Below, in pieces: positions 39,129 through 49,892 of a DNA stretch of 50,182 bases (the stretch's first letter is position 1; every line of letters starts with the position of its first letter). The notes under the pieces are model-generated. The model did not search any database, was not told the origin of the DNA, and worked only from the letters and a program-made list of their open reading frames with translations. Both the position numbers and the translations under genes were made by a program. The stretch is from NCBI GenBank assembly GCA_043798915.1, contig JAZDOG010000045.1, forward strand, positions 1 through 50,182, given 5' to 3'. The stretch comes from Pseudomonadota bacterium. Its GTDB lineage: Bacteria; UBA10199; 2-02-FULL-44-16; JAAZCA01.

Positions 39129-40235
39129 TCATCGCCTGTCCATAAGCCATTCAGCGACTATCTTCGCAATTCGCTCGCCGGCTCCGCCATCCCACAATGG
39201 CGGGATCGCCCCTTTTTTCCATCCGCCGCGCAGTGCCCGCCCAACCTCATCTTTGAGCCGCGCAATATCGGCGCCGACCAGCATGTTCGTCCCCACCGTC
39301 ACCGTTGTCGGCCTCTCCGTGTTCTCCCTGACCGTCATACACGGTATTCCGAGATACGTTGTCTCCTCCTGAATACCGCCTGAATCAGTGATTACCGCGG
39401 CGGCATTCAGCTGGAGGTTGAGAAAATCGAGATACCCGACCGGCTCTATGAAGCGAATGCGGGTTTGATCTGTCTGCTCGATTGCAAGCCCTTCAATTCT
39501 CGCCCGAGTTCTCGGATGGACTGGAAACACAACGGGGCATCCCCGCGCAATCGCAAACAGAGAATCCAGAAGACCTCTTAATATGGCAGAATCATCAACG
39601 TTCGATGGGCGGTGCATCGTTACAAGAACATAGCCGCCCTTTTTCAAACCCTGACTGCTGCCATACCCACCGCTTTCGGCCATGGGAAGATGCCGCACGA
39701 GTGTATCGATCATCACGTTGCCGACTCGATGTATGCGCGCAGCGTCCACGCCTTCGCGCAGCAGATTGTCATCGCCATCCTGCGACGGCGTGAAAAGAAG
39801 CTCTGCAAGCTGGTCGGTCACGACGCGATTGACCTCTTCCGGCATTGTCCGGTCAAATGAACGCAGACCAGCTTCTACGTGGCCGAATGGGATGTTGAGT
39901 TTTGCACAGACGAGAGCCGCAGCGAGGGTCGAATTGACATCCCCATAGACCAGGACGAGATCGGGGCGCGATTCTACAAACTCTCCCTCAAGGCGCGTCA
40001 TGATCTGTGCAGTCTGCGCGGCATGGCTTGCCGATCCCACCTCGAGATTGATATCCGGGACCGGAATCGACAGCTCTTTGAAGAAAACATCGGACATCGA
40101 GCGATCGTAATGCTGCCCCGTATGAATCAGCCGTTGAGGCAAATGCAATCGCGCCAAGGCCGCATATGTCGGAGCCGCCTTCATAAAATTCGGGCGCGCG
40201 CCAATGACATGAGAGATGCGAGATGCTCTGCTCAT
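39129..40235 (-). CDS. wecB: UDP-N-acetylglucosamine 2-epimerase (non-hydrolysing)
   Basis: GARPNFMK, HTGQHYD, HVEAGLRS, PEEVNR and TDSGGIQEE. Confidence 0.93.
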   Translation of the reverse strand: MSRASRISHVIGARPNFMKAAPTYAALARLHLPQRLIHTGQHYDRSMSDVFFKELSIPVPDINLEVGSASHAAQTAQIMTRLEGEFVESRPDLVLVYGDVNSTLAAALVCAKLNIPFGHVEAGLRSFDRTMPEEVNRVVTDQLAELLFTPSQDGDDNLLREGVDAARIHRVGNVMIDTLVRHLPMAESGGYGSSQGLKKGGYVLVTMHRPSNVDDSAILRGLLDSLFAIARGCPVVFPVHPRTRARIEGLAIEQTDQTRIRFIEPVGYLDFLNLQLNAAAVITDSGGIQEETTYLGIPCMTVRENTERPTTVTVGTNMLVGADIARLKDEVGRALRGGWKKGAIPPLWDGGAGERIAKIVAEWLMDRR

Positions 40236-42367
40236 TTTACCTCACAGAGTTCAATGGTCACCCGGGCGACCTCCTCGACTTCCGCCATGGGGATTGGACT
40301 CGGAGCAGAAGTTCGGACGGCATCGATAAACGCCGCCGCACAGGCATCCTGGCCCTTGTCCTGGCGCCACAGGTTCATCTTCTTGAATCCGGGCCACCCG
40401 TATCCCTGCATCCGGCGATAATTATCCAGCTGCAACACCCTGCCTGAACAAAAAACTTCAAGCCTCTCCTTTGGAAAAGACCGGTGGCCATTGGCTAAAT
40501 AATGAATTGTGCCCAGAGAGCCGTCGTTGAAATGGATGGCAATCGTCACCTTGTCCTTCAGAGTTTCACCCCCCAGATAAAACGAGTGCGCATCTTTTAT
40601 CTGCGATCCCGCCAGATGGCGCAGCAGATCGATGAAATGACAGGCCTCGCCGATGATTCGCCCTCCACCTATTTTTTCATCCTGAGTCCAGTGATCGGCC
40701 GGGATGGCACCAGCGTTTATGGTCATAATGAACGCCTTCGGCTCCGCCACCTTATCGAGCAAGTATTTCATTTTACGGATATGGGGCGCAAACCGTCTGT
40801 TGAACCCGACCATAAGAATCTGTCGCCTGCCCGCCGCGACACCCTTTCGGTACTCTCCGAATATCGCATCGAGTTCATCATGCGTGAGGCAGAGTGGTTT
40901 CTCTACGAACACATGCTTTCCTGCAGCGAGAGCCTGGCCCACAAAATGTGCGTGCGAATCGTGGCGCGTGGCCACCACGACAGCCTGTGATTCCGCGTCT
41001 GCCAGGAGCTTACAGGTGTCCGTCGTCGCCTCTTCAAATCCATATTTTTTCCCGAAGTGAACGCCATTAACTCCGCCGCTAGTCGCAATCGACTTTAACT
41101 TCACCCCCGCTTTTTTAAATGCAGGGATCAATATTCTCCCTGCATAATTGCCGGCCCCGATAAAGCTTACAGTCGCCGTCTCATGCGCCGCCGAACGGGC
41201 CGGCACGGACCGTTCTGCAGTCACCTGTTTAAGACGGACAGTGCTCTCAGCGGACGCATGTCCGTAGGTAAGCATGACGCCCAGATATGGATCTTTATTA
41301 CCGACTATCAGATCATAGGCTCTTGTCGCTTCCTCAAGCGGAAATTTATGGCTGACGAGCTGTTTGGCGTTCATCCTTCCATCGGCGAACAGCTGCAGAA
41401 TCGCCTCGAAATTGCGCTGTTCCGTCCATCGGACATAGCCCAAGGGATAATCATGCCCCTTTTCTTCGTATGCCGGATCGTACCTCCCAGGCCCATAGGA
41501 ACAGGAGACTTTAAATGTAAGCTCCTTTTTAAAGAAGATACCCCTATCCAGCTCCATGCCTGTAACGCCGACGAGAGTGACGCGGCCCTTCTTGCGGCAC
41601 ATGAGGGCGGCCTGCCGCAGCGGTTCGCTGTTGTCCGCCGCTGCAGTGATAATCACGCCATCCACACCGCGACCATTCGAAAATGCCTCCACTGCCTCCA
41701 CTGGATCTTCGCCCTGAGAGAGATCCACGGCAGATGCGCCGAACTCTCGCGCCAACCCAAGGCGCATCGGGTCATAATCAGCGCCGATGACGCGGCAACC
41801 GTTCGCCCTAAGGATCTGGACCGTCAGGAGCCCGAGCAGGCCGAGGCCGACTACGGCAAAAGACTCACCCAACGTCGGCTCGGAAAGACGAACTCCTTGA
41901 AGGGCAATGGCTCCAAGCACTGCAAACGACGCCTCCTCGTCGGAAACCCCATCGGGAATGCGCGCACACAGGTTTTTGGGGACGCACACAAGCTCAGCAT
42001 GATTGCCATTCGATGCCACTCTGTCGCCAGGGCTGAATCCTTCAACTTCACTGCCTACATCCACTACCTCGCCTGCATTGCAATATCCCAGCGGCAACGG
42101 CTGTTCCATCTTATCACGAACTGCGCCGATCGCAGGCGCAACACCATCCGTCCTGATCTTGTCGAAGAGCTGTCGCACTTTATCGGGCTGCTGCCTTGCC
42201 TTATCAATCAGCCCCGATCTGCCGAACTCGATGAGCATGCGCTCCGTGCCCGCGGAAATAAGACTCGCGCGAGTTCTGATAAGCACATGACCTGGCTTGA
42301 TCCGTGGGGCAGGAATATCAACCAATTTCACTGTCCCATTTTTCAACGACTGAATGATCTGCCTCAT
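40232..42367 (-). CDS. Bi-domain oxidoreductase (MDR/Zn-ADH-like plus Gfo/Idh/MocA)
   Basis: SLISAGTE, GLGLLG, SYGPGRYD…RWTEQRN, IGAGNY, VEKP, GFNRRF and GEACHFID. Confidence 0.9.
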   Translation of the reverse strand: MRQIIQSLKNGTVKLVDIPAPRIKPGHVLIRTRASLISAGTERMLIEFGRSGLIDKARQQPDKVRQLFDKIRTDGVAPAIGAVRDKMEQPLPLGYCNAGEVVDVGSEVEGFSPGDRVASNGNHAELVCVPKNLCARIPDGVSDEEASFAVLGAIALQGVRLSEPTLGESFAVVGLGLLGLLTVQILRANGCRVIGADYDPMRLGLAREFGASAVDLSQGEDPVEAVEAFSNGRGVDGVIITAAADNSEPLRQAALMCRKKGRVTLVGVTGMELDRGIFFKKELTFKVSCSYGPGRYDPAYEEKGHDYPLGYVRWTEQRNFEAILQLFADGRMNAKQLVSHKFPLEEATRAYDLIVGNKDPYLGVMLTYGHASAESTVRLKQVTAERSVPARSAAHETATVSFIGAGNYAGRILIPAFKKAGVKLKSIATSGGVNGVHFGKKYGFEEATTDTCKLLADAESQAVVVATRHDSHAHFVGQALAAGKHVFVEKPLCLTHDELDAIFGEYRKGVAAGRRQILMVGFNRRFAPHIRKMKYLLDKVAEPKAFIMTINAGAIPADHWTQDEKIGGGRIIGEACHFIDLLRHLAGSQIKDAHSFYLGGETLKDKVTIAIHFNDGSLGTIHYLANGHRSFPKERLEVFCSGRVLQLDNYRRMQGYGWPGFKKMNLWRQDKGQDACAAAFIDAVRTSAPSPIPMAEVEEVARVTIELCEVK

Positions 42368-42415
42368 AGTGTCACCTTGTCGCCCTGATAAGCATGAACA
42401 AACCACACTTGCTTT

Positions 42416-44419
42416 TTAGTCATATTCATACACCTCTCCTCGTTTATCGACGAACATCCGGCACCACATTTCTATGCATACAAGGGACAGTATAGTGTAT
42501 GACGCATCGATCCTACTATTCCACTCAAGCTTGAGAAGCCGCTCGACTGCATTCGGATCAAAGAGTCCGCGATTGCGAATCGACTTTTCTGAAAGCAGCT
42601 CGCCGATGAGCGGCTTTAGCTCCTGATGCACCCAACGTCGAACCGGCGCACAAAATCCGGCTTTCGGTCTGTAGATTACCTCTCGCGGCAAACACGATTC
42701 CATCGCTTTTTTGAAGATTGCCTTTCCGGTGCGCCTGGTCTGTTTCATGTGAGGAGGAATTGTCGTTGCAAATTCCACCAAGTCCCTGTCCAGGAGGGGA
42801 ACCCGCACCTCGATACCGGCCGCCATAGACACCTTGTCCGTATAATTCAAATTATGATCTGCCAAGAAATGCTTCGTTTCAAGATATAGCATGGAGTTCA
42901 GGCGATTTCGTTCTTTAGGTATTCTCTTCAGGCTGTTCAAGAGAGGCTCCGCCGTGTCCAGCTTTTCCAGCTCCCTCTTAACATCCTCTGAGTACAATGA
43001 ACGCCTGAGGCATTCCGTGCTCCAGTAAAAATAACTCACGAGTCGCCTGTCCTCCGGAGAGTCCACAAACGACAAGGCCTTTGAAAAGCGCCTGGCAATG
43101 GGATTTTTTGACAACCCCCCCATGATTCGACCGTCCATCATTCCGCGGGCCGTGGCTGCAATGTATTTTCGTGCAAAACCAGGAAGCCATGTCCACATCG
43201 GTTCCATAATGAGCGCCCGATGCCGCCTGTATCCAGAGAAGATATCGTCGCCGCCGACCCCCGACATGAGCACCTTGACACCATCTGACCTTGCCTGCTG
43301 TGAAATGAGATAAGCATTTATCGGGGCGAGGTCTGCTTGTGGTTCATCCAGATGGTAAAGCATTCTGCCTAAATGCTTGATGATATCCGGCTTTATTACC
43401 AAAACGCTAAGATCGACTCCCATATGAGCCGCAACCCGTCTTGCATAAGGCAAATCCAGCGGATTGTCTTCAACATCCTCCGAACCCTCAAACCCGATGC
43501 AGTAACAGCGCAGATCATCATTCTTCTTTATCTTGCGCATCATAGCTACAATCGAACTTGAATCCAATCCTCCCGAAAGGAACGCCCCTATTGGGACATC
43601 CGCAATCAACTGCCTCTGAACGGCAGCATGCAGCTTCTCAGTCAGCGCCTCCGCTATTTTTTCCTCGTTCCATTCAGTCTGCTGTTGCCCGTATGGAATG
43701 TCATAGAAGTGCCACCTCTTGACGATTTTCCCCCCGTTAATGATCAACGCCTGGCCAGGCTCCATTTTTTTTACGGATTTCAGAGGCGTCAATGGCGCCG
43801 GGCACCACAGATACGCCAGATAATGATGAATACCAACCAGATCCAATTCCGCGTCAACTTCAGGACATTTCCTCAACGCCTTCAGCTCCGACGCAAACAC
43901 AAACCCCTTCGTCGTCTCACTGTAATAAAGCGGTTTGACACCCAACCCGTCGCGCGCAAGGAACAGCTCACAATTTGTTTCGTTTTGGTTCTTCCTGCGT
44001 CCATCGTATATAGCAAATGCGAAGATTCCGTTCAGCCGTTCCAGCATCTGCGGCCCAAGCTCAGCATACAGATGCAGGAGCACTTCCGTGTCCGTCGCGC
44101 TCTGAAACCGATGCCCCTTGGACTCAAGTTCAGAGCGCAATTCGCGGTAATTATAAATCTCGCCATTGTAGACTACTGTTAAATCGCCATCCGCACCGCC
44201 ACCCCTGCCACCGTTGCAACGGTCGCAACATGTCGACATAGGTTGCCTTCCATTGCTAGACAAATCGATAATCGAGAGGCGCCGATGGGCAAGACCAACC
44301 AACCCGCTACGATCTTGAAATATCCCAGAATCGTCCGGCCCCCGATGCACTATCGAAGCGCTCATTGCGCTCAACAGCTCGCGGTCATACTCGCCATAAT
44401 ATCCGCAGATTCCGCACAT
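42416..44419 (-). CDS. asnB: Asparagine synthase-like glutamine amidotransferase (glycan amidation)
   Basis: MCGICG, HRGPD, NGEIYN, LSGGLDSS, SGVGGDD and EVRVPLLD. Located inside a polysaccharide locus. Confidence 0.92.
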   Translation of the reverse strand: MCGICGYYGEYDRELLSAMSASIVHRGPDDSGIFQDRSGLVGLAHRRLSIIDLSSNGRQPMSTCCDRCNGGRGGGADGDLTVVYNGEIYNYRELRSELESKGHRFQSATDTEVLLHLYAELGPQMLERLNGIFAFAIYDGRRKNQNETNCELFLARDGLGVKPLYYSETTKGFVFASELKALRKCPEVDAELDLVGIHHYLAYLWCPAPLTPLKSVKKMEPGQALIINGGKIVKRWHFYDIPYGQQQTEWNEEKIAEALTEKLHAAVQRQLIADVPIGAFLSGGLDSSSIVAMMRKIKKNDDLRCYCIGFEGSEDVEDNPLDLPYARRVAAHMGVDLSVLVIKPDIIKHLGRMLYHLDEPQADLAPINAYLISQQARSDGVKVLMSGVGGDDIFSGYRRHRALIMEPMWTWLPGFARKYIAATARGMMDGRIMGGLSKNPIARRFSKALSFVDSPEDRRLVSYFYWSTECLRRSLYSEDVKRELEKLDTAEPLLNSLKRIPKERNRLNSMLYLETKHFLADHNLNYTDKVSMAAGIEVRVPLLDRDLVEFATTIPPHMKQTRRTGKAIFKKAMESCLPREVIYRPKAGFCAPVRRWVHQELKPLIGELLSEKSIRNRGLFDPNAVERLLKLEWNSRIDASYTILSLVCIEMWCRMFVDKRGEVYEYD

Positions 44420-44612
44420 AGTGTAGTGATTTTCCAGTCACTTTATAACAGGTAAAATCAGCAGGTATCATTCTTACTTCACAGATTACGCAACTCGACC
44501 ATGGCTCTGCGGAGTTAGCTATCGCGATATTACAACTGCCATTCCAGCGTCAGAACTCACGACTTCCATGTCCCTGATATATATTAGGATGCTCACCCGC
44601 GATAAGTAAGCG

Positions 44613-45419
44613 TTATGGATTAACCACCTTAACAAACCAGCGACAGGAAAGTTCTAAAATGCTTTTGCATATAGCTTTTGTAGCATACACTTTATGTTTG
44701 AAAGTAAATAGTTTTCTATCAAATAATATTTGAATAAGTTCGGACAGAAGGCAAATTCTATTCTTCGTAACGTTACCCTCATGAAGACGGTACTGAATCA
44801 AAGAGTCGTTGAGAAAATAGAAATCCACCTCTTCAGCCATTCGGATAAAATATTCAAAATCCGTACTCGCAGCATATTTCCTATTTGCATATCCAGTCTT
44901 TTCAATCAATTGCTTCCTAAAAAGAACTGACGAACATATTACAAAACTTCCCCAAAGAAGCTTGCTGTACGTATCAATGATCATTCCCTCTCTTAAATTG
45001 TTGTTTGAGGCAATATTCAGTCTTTCAATCTTTTCGCCAACGGTTTCGCCATCGGTGATGATAACCTGAACATCAGGATTGGCCATCATGATCTTCATCT
45101 GCTTTTCTAGTTTATCAGTTTTCCATAAATCGTCCTGGTCTATAAATGCGATGAACTCGCCACTGCTGTTGCTCATACCATAGTTTCTTGCATCAGAAAG
45201 ACCGCCATTGGGTTTATAGTGATATTTTAGCCGACAATCATCATAGCTTTCCATGAGCCGCCTTACATATTCAGAATGCTGACCAACCGACGACCCATCA
45301 TCGACCAACAACAGCTCAAAGTCTTCATGCGTTTGCGCCAGAATTGATTCAATCGTCTCCTTGATATACTTTTTTCCGTTGTAATATGGGAGAACAATGC
45401 TCACGAGTCTATTATCCAT
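44613..45419 (-). CDS. GT2 glycosyltransferase
   Basis: VSIVLP.YN, VDDGS, NGGLS.ARN.G and FIDQDD. Confidence 0.92.
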   Translation of the reverse strand: MDNRLVSIVLPYYNGKKYIKETIESILAQTHEDFELLLVDDGSSVGQHSEYVRRLMESYDDCRLKYHYKPNGGLSDARNYGMSNSSGEFIAFIDQDDLWKTDKLEKQMKIMMANPDVQVIITDGETVGEKIERLNIASNNNLREGMIIDTYSKLLWGSFVICSSVLFRKQLIEKTGYANRKYAASTDFEYFIRMAEEVDFYFLNDSLIQYRLHEGNVTKNRICLLSELIQILFDRKLFTFKHKVYATKAICKSILELSCRWFVKVVNP

Positions 45420-47428
45420 TAATCCCCCGCTGCAACGCTAGAACCGCATGCATTCGACAACAAACCACTCCACCTCTTCATATCCCCATCAAGATTCCAG
45501 TACTTCCGCACAAATAGCCTGCCCACCTCCGAAGAACCCATTACCCTTCCCGCAAGGATTTTATCCATTACACTGACAAGGCCCTCAGCAGAGTACACTG
45601 TCTGGCAAATGCCGTCAGTTTCTGCAAGCGGATTCATATTGATACAGTTAGGGAATACAGGAACCAACACTTCACAACCATATGCAAGGGCCTCAATTGA
45701 CACCGAGCTGGAAGGAACAAGAACCACCCAAGCTGATAAAAGGCACTTTGCGATATCGTCGTTACTTACTTCATAGCCGGCATGTTCTACATCTATTTCA
45801 AGCTCACAAAATATATCTTTGAGCGGCATCGCAGGATGTCCCTTGCATACAATATCAAAACGTCCTGCTTTTGGAAACGCCTGGTGAAGTAAGGATAACG
45901 TGGCGCGCGTTTCGGTGCGGTCGACCGACCCAGCAACGAGCAATTGCGGTTTGAGTGATTTCGGACGCATCGGCTTATCAATGATCTCTCCCAAGTAGAG
46001 ATATCGTAGTGCCTCGACAACAGTCACATTAGGATAGCCACATCGTTCAAACATCTCCTTCAACCCTTCACCGCAGCAAGCAAAAATGCTCGGCAGAGGA
46101 AGATCTGTACTATTCATTTCGGGGGCGATCTCCTGCGGATCACTAAAATAGCTAAATAGATTTTTTGGCGCAATCGAGTGTTGATATCCAACAGTGATCA
46201 TCTGGGGAGCCACAGCTCTACGAGCTGCATTCAACGCACGCTCCCACGCGTGCATCTCAGAAAAATAAATACACATCTTCTGATCACGCAAGGACTCAAT
46301 AGCACGTCGATATGCTGCCGTAAACAGAATCCCTTCCATACTGACGGCACCTCTAAATGAGCTGTACCAGAGAGAGTCAATAAAGGCGGCACATTCCTGA
46401 CCTATCGGCCGTCGATGCACAATGTCATCCCTGACAACATCGAATACCTTATTGGAAACAATAATTTGCCTCACCCACAACATGAACACCACGAACATAT
46501 CAGACAGAGAAATGAATTCCTCCAATAAGCATAGTCTTTCTCCGCTGGCAATCAAACTACGTGCGAGTTTAACGCTGCTGCGATACGTGTGACCCTCCAA
46601 GGGCAGACACATGAGCAACCAGAAAGCGCTTTTGCCCATATCATGCAACTTATCCTGCAGCGGCCCCGCTTGTTTGTTTCTAAATATGCCGCATTCCGAT
46701 GCCGGACGCTCTAGCATCGGAAAACAGCTTACAATCAACGGGGACAATCCCTTCGGAAGCCTTCTGCTCAAGGATCCAAGTTGAATTCGGGCCCACAGTA
46801 CGCGCGAAACGAATCGTACAAACACCAGCAAGGCAGCTGCAATATCGCTCACTACACCCAGCTGCCTAAATCGTTCCTTAAACCATTGCCTCCGGGTGCA
46901 TTTTCTTTCTGTCTTGAGAAGATGAATGCGAACATTAAACCTGCGCATCAATACAACAAACGCACTGCGACTCCTGCGATCAGATTGTGCAACGACAACG
47001 GCGTCGAATCGCCCGACGCTCAGAACCTCCTCTATGGCATGAACTTGCGCAATCCTGAGAAACGCATCCGTCTTAGCCGTATTGCGCTCAGCCAGAAGCC
47101 CTAGCCACCAGGAACTGATCGCGTATCGCTGCAGCAGAAACCACCTTTTTACTGAACGACCATGAACAATGGTGTTTCCGACGGCGGCAGCCCAAGGACC
47201 TATTTGCTCGCGCAATATTTCAACGTGACGCGCGACAAGCGTTGCCGACGAAACGCATGATACGGATCCTGCGCCAGCGGAGACAACAATCTCCCGTACA
47301 CACTTCTTAAGCGCAGCATCTTCCATAAGCGGAAACAAGACCACAGATGCACCATCGCCAACGGGCGGCGCCTTTCGTAACGAAGCAGCACTGATTCCCT
47401 CATCGAAAACAATCAAGCATCTCATCAT
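45419..47428 (-). CDS. Surface-carbohydrate biosynthesis protein (LIC13510/TIGR04326-like, GT-B-type C-terminus)
   Basis: SWWLGLLAERN, EMHAWE, GYQHS, EALRY, KGHP and SSVSIEA. Family assignment is from memory of these motifs. Confidence 0.6.
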   Translation of the reverse strand: MMRCLIVFDEGISAASLRKAPPVGDGASVVLFPLMEDAALKKCVREIVVSAGAGSVSCVSSATLVARHVEILREQIGPWAAAVGNTIVHGRSVKRWFLLQRYAISSWWLGLLAERNTAKTDAFLRIAQVHAIEEVLSVGRFDAVVVAQSDRRSRSAFVVLMRRFNVRIHLLKTERKCTRRQWFKERFRQLGVVSDIAAALLVFVRFVSRVLWARIQLGSLSRRLPKGLSPLIVSCFPMLERPASECGIFRNKQAGPLQDKLHDMGKSAFWLLMCLPLEGHTYRSSVKLARSLIASGERLCLLEEFISLSDMFVVFMLWVRQIIVSNKVFDVVRDDIVHRRPIGQECAAFIDSLWYSSFRGAVSMEGILFTAAYRRAIESLRDQKMCIYFSEMHAWERALNAARRAVAPQMITVGYQHSIAPKNLFSYFSDPQEIAPEMNSTDLPLPSIFACCGEGLKEMFERCGYPNVTVVEALRYLYLGEIIDKPMRPKSLKPQLLVAGSVDRTETRATLSLLHQAFPKAGRFDIVCKGHPAMPLKDIFCELEIDVEHAGYEVSNDDIAKCLLSAWVVLVPSSSVSIEALAYGCEVLVPVFPNCINMNPLAETDGICQTVYSAEGLVSVMDKILAGRVMGSSEVGRLFVRKYWNLDGDMKRWSGLLSNACGSSVAAGD

Positions 47429-47533
47429 AAAATCACTTTTTACTTAGAAATTGAATACCTTAGGAAGGCTTTAACCACAACTACACGTACAATAATCCAG
47501 AATAGCCATATACCAGTAGAGGCGCTCTCTATC

Positions 47534-48937
47534 CTACCATTTAGTTCTCAGGAAACTCATCGCATCAGAAACAAAGGTCCCGTTTCGCATGCCGCTTAGA
47601 ATCTTCTTTGCAACAACCGAGGGCCGGAAATAAAACTCTCGATAAAAAGCGGAGAATTGTGCATTTATCGTTGACCATGGAAGTGTTTCATGGTCATAAA
47701 TTTCGTCAGCCGGCAAGTAGAGGTTGTACTTATCCCAATCGCAAAGTTTTATCTTTCCCGCCTTTTCAAGCTCCTGAAATATTTTTGTAGCTGGCAACGG
47801 CACCATAATGCTGGCCTTTGCCCAGTCGAGGCCCAGCGAGCAGGCCAGCCGGGTGGTCTTTTTCATGGTTTCTTCTGTTTCACCCGGCAATCCAAACATA
47901 AAGAAACCGCAAGTCTCAAGATTCGCTTTTTTTGCCATGGCAATGGCCCCTACCACTTGTTCAAGCGATATCTTTTTTCCAATACCATTGAGAACATTCT
48001 GGTCGCCAGACTCTATTCCGAAATATACCCTGTAGCACCCAGCACTCCTCATCAAATCGAACATCTCCTGATCGCCCTTGTCGACGCGGATGCCGGTGAC
48101 GGTTGCCCACGGAAATTCCAGCTTTTCGCCGATTATTTCATCACATATTGCCTTCACTCTCGACACGTCGGTCGTGAACATGTCGTCGACAATGTGGATT
48201 TCCTTAAAACCGGATGACAGCATGTGTTTAATTTCCACAATGACGCGCGCAGGGGATTTTGAGCGAAACCTCCGCCCGAAAACACTCTTATTGCAATAGC
48301 AGCATTCAAACGGGCAGCCCCGGCTCGTCTCAAGCCATCCCGCCGGATTTCTGCGTGCCATAAATCGGGGGGAAACGTACCGGCTTAGATCAAATAAATC
48401 CCAGGCCGGCAGCGGAAGTAAATCCATATCCTCAATGATAGCGCTGGGGCCGGTCAGTTTAATGCCACCCAGACTTTTATACCCTATTCCCTTTATGTCC
48501 GAAATATTATGAGACAAGATGATCTGTGATAAAGTGCGATCGCCTTCACCAATCACCACAATATCGATCAATGTGCTATTGAGGGTGTCTTCGGGCATCG
48601 CCGATGCGTGAGCCCCGCCGGCGACAACCGTAATAGCCTTATTATGTGCTTTGATCGTAGAAACAACTTCCCGCATGACGCCATAGAGAGGCGTAACAAA
48701 AGTGATCCCCGCAAACTCAGGTTCATACTCGTCTAATGTTCTTTTGAGCTCCCGTTTATAGTCAACGCAAAGATTGAGATCCAGAATACGCACCGAGATC
48801 CCATGGCTGCGCAGATCGGAAGCAATAATAGCCATATTAAGGAACGGCGAACCAGGCACCCCAGCTTTTATCTTTGAATGGCTGTAAATGATATCTGTAA
48901 ACGGCGGGATGATTAGGAGTGTATTATTCTTTTTCAC
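47534..48937 (-). CDS. B12-binding radical SAM protein (class B methylase-like)
   Basis: N-terminal cobalamin domain (AGGAHAS, IGEGD), TSRGCPFECCYC, DDMF, GIESG and FMFGLPGET. GTG start with a GGAG RBS. Confidence 0.9.
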   Translation of the reverse strand: MKKNNTLLIIPPFTDIIYSHSKIKAGVPGSPFLNMAIIASDLRSHGISVRILDLNLCVDYKRELKRTLDEYEPEFAGITFVTPLYGVMREVVSTIKAHNKAITVVAGGAHASAMPEDTLNSTLIDIVVIGEGDRTLSQIILSHNISDIKGIGYKSLGGIKLTGPSAIIEDMDLLPLPAWDLFDLSRYVSPRFMARRNPAGWLETSRGCPFECCYCNKSVFGRRFRSKSPARVIVEIKHMLSSGFKEIHIVDDMFTTDVSRVKAICDEIIGEKLEFPWATVTGIRVDKGDQEMFDLMRSAGCYRVYFGIESGDQNVLNGIGKKISLEQVVGAIAMAKKANLETCGFFMFGLPGETEETMKKTTRLACSLGLDWAKASIMVPLPATKIFQELEKAGKIKLCDWDKYNLYLPADEIYDHETLPWSTINAQFSAFYREFYFRPSVVAKKILSGMRNGTFVSDAMSFLRTKW

Positions 48938-49892
48938 ACAGGATCTCCAAGGAACCGGACTTCTTGAACAATGCTGCCACTGATGTAACCGCAAGAGCTA
49001 CTACCAAATACGGTATAGCAAGACACATATGCAACAGCATATCCTTGAGTGTTATTCCAATGCTTTTATCTTTGCGGGCTCCGCTTCCGCGCTTAAGCCA
49101 GTAGTAGAGGGCATTAGTGGTACATCCTGACAGATTGAATAGGGTTTGATACACACCAAAGAAAGCATACCAGTTGAACGGTATTTTACAGCGAAGAACC
49201 TTCATGCCGTTGCGCGCCAACACCGCAGCCATCCCACGCTGGCTATAGTGAAACATATGACGCGGCACATCGAGATGAAACCATAACGGCCCCCCGATAC
49301 TCGAATCGATGCTGGCGAAATTAGGAACCGATAAAAAAAGTTTCCCTTCAACACCAAGCAGGGAAGCTATCTTTGCGAGTTCCTCGTCAGGGTTGTCAAA
49401 ATGCTCAAAGACATGCCACAGAGTTATGAGGTCGTAGGCACCGGTAGAAATATTTGAGCTTATGAATTCACAATCGGAACGTGCATTAGGCTCAAAACCA
49501 TAACACTGATATCCTGCCCTTCGCATCGCTTTGACAAATTCGCCGTTGCCACACCCGTAATCCAGAATAACCGAGGTTTTTGAAATACACGCAGCCATAT
49601 TTTTGACGCGCTGACGCAGAAAAACATCGGTCAGCATGTTCTTTAGACGCCCCTGGTATCGTGTCTTCCTGCTGCCCCAATATTCTTTGAAATAAAGTTT
49701 CTGATGTACAACGCAGTCCGGCGCCGCACCTGTCTGAGCGCTGCCGCATTCGCCGCACTTGAAAACCGCAATTTGTTTCAGCGATGTTTTGTCCGGTGGG
49801 GTTGCGCAAAACAATAGTGAGGGCATTGCCGCACCGCAGACGCCGCATTTTATCGGACTATCGTTTTTACCCGATAGGTTAGGATAAGCCAT
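48924..49892 (-). CDS. Class I SAM-dependent methyltransferase with N-terminal Zn-ribbon
   Basis: CGVC…CGEC, LDYGCGNG, WHVFEH, SVPN and DVPRH. Confidence 0.87.
   Translation of the reverse strand: MAYPNLSGKNDSPIKCGVCGAAMPSLLFCATPPDKTSLKQIAVFKCGECGSAQTGAAPDCVVHQKLYFKEYWGSRKTRYQGRLKNMLTDVFLRQRVKNMAACISKTSVILDYGCGNGEFVKAMRRAGYQCYGFEPNARSDCEFISSNISTGAYDLITLWHVFEHFDNPDEELAKIASLLGVEGKLFLSVPNFASIDSSIGGPLWFHLDVPRHMFHYSQRGMAAVLARNGMKVLRCKIPFNWYAFFGVYQTLFNLSGCTTNALYYWLKRGSGARKDKSIGITLKDMLLHMCLAIPYLVVALAVTSVAALFKKSGSLEILCEKE

Noticed and set aside
44420..44612. 193-nt gap inside the glycan locus as a small gene or ops/JUMPstart site
   Set aside because: The minus strand has only very short ORFs, no GGCGGTAG ops motif and no strong hairpin.
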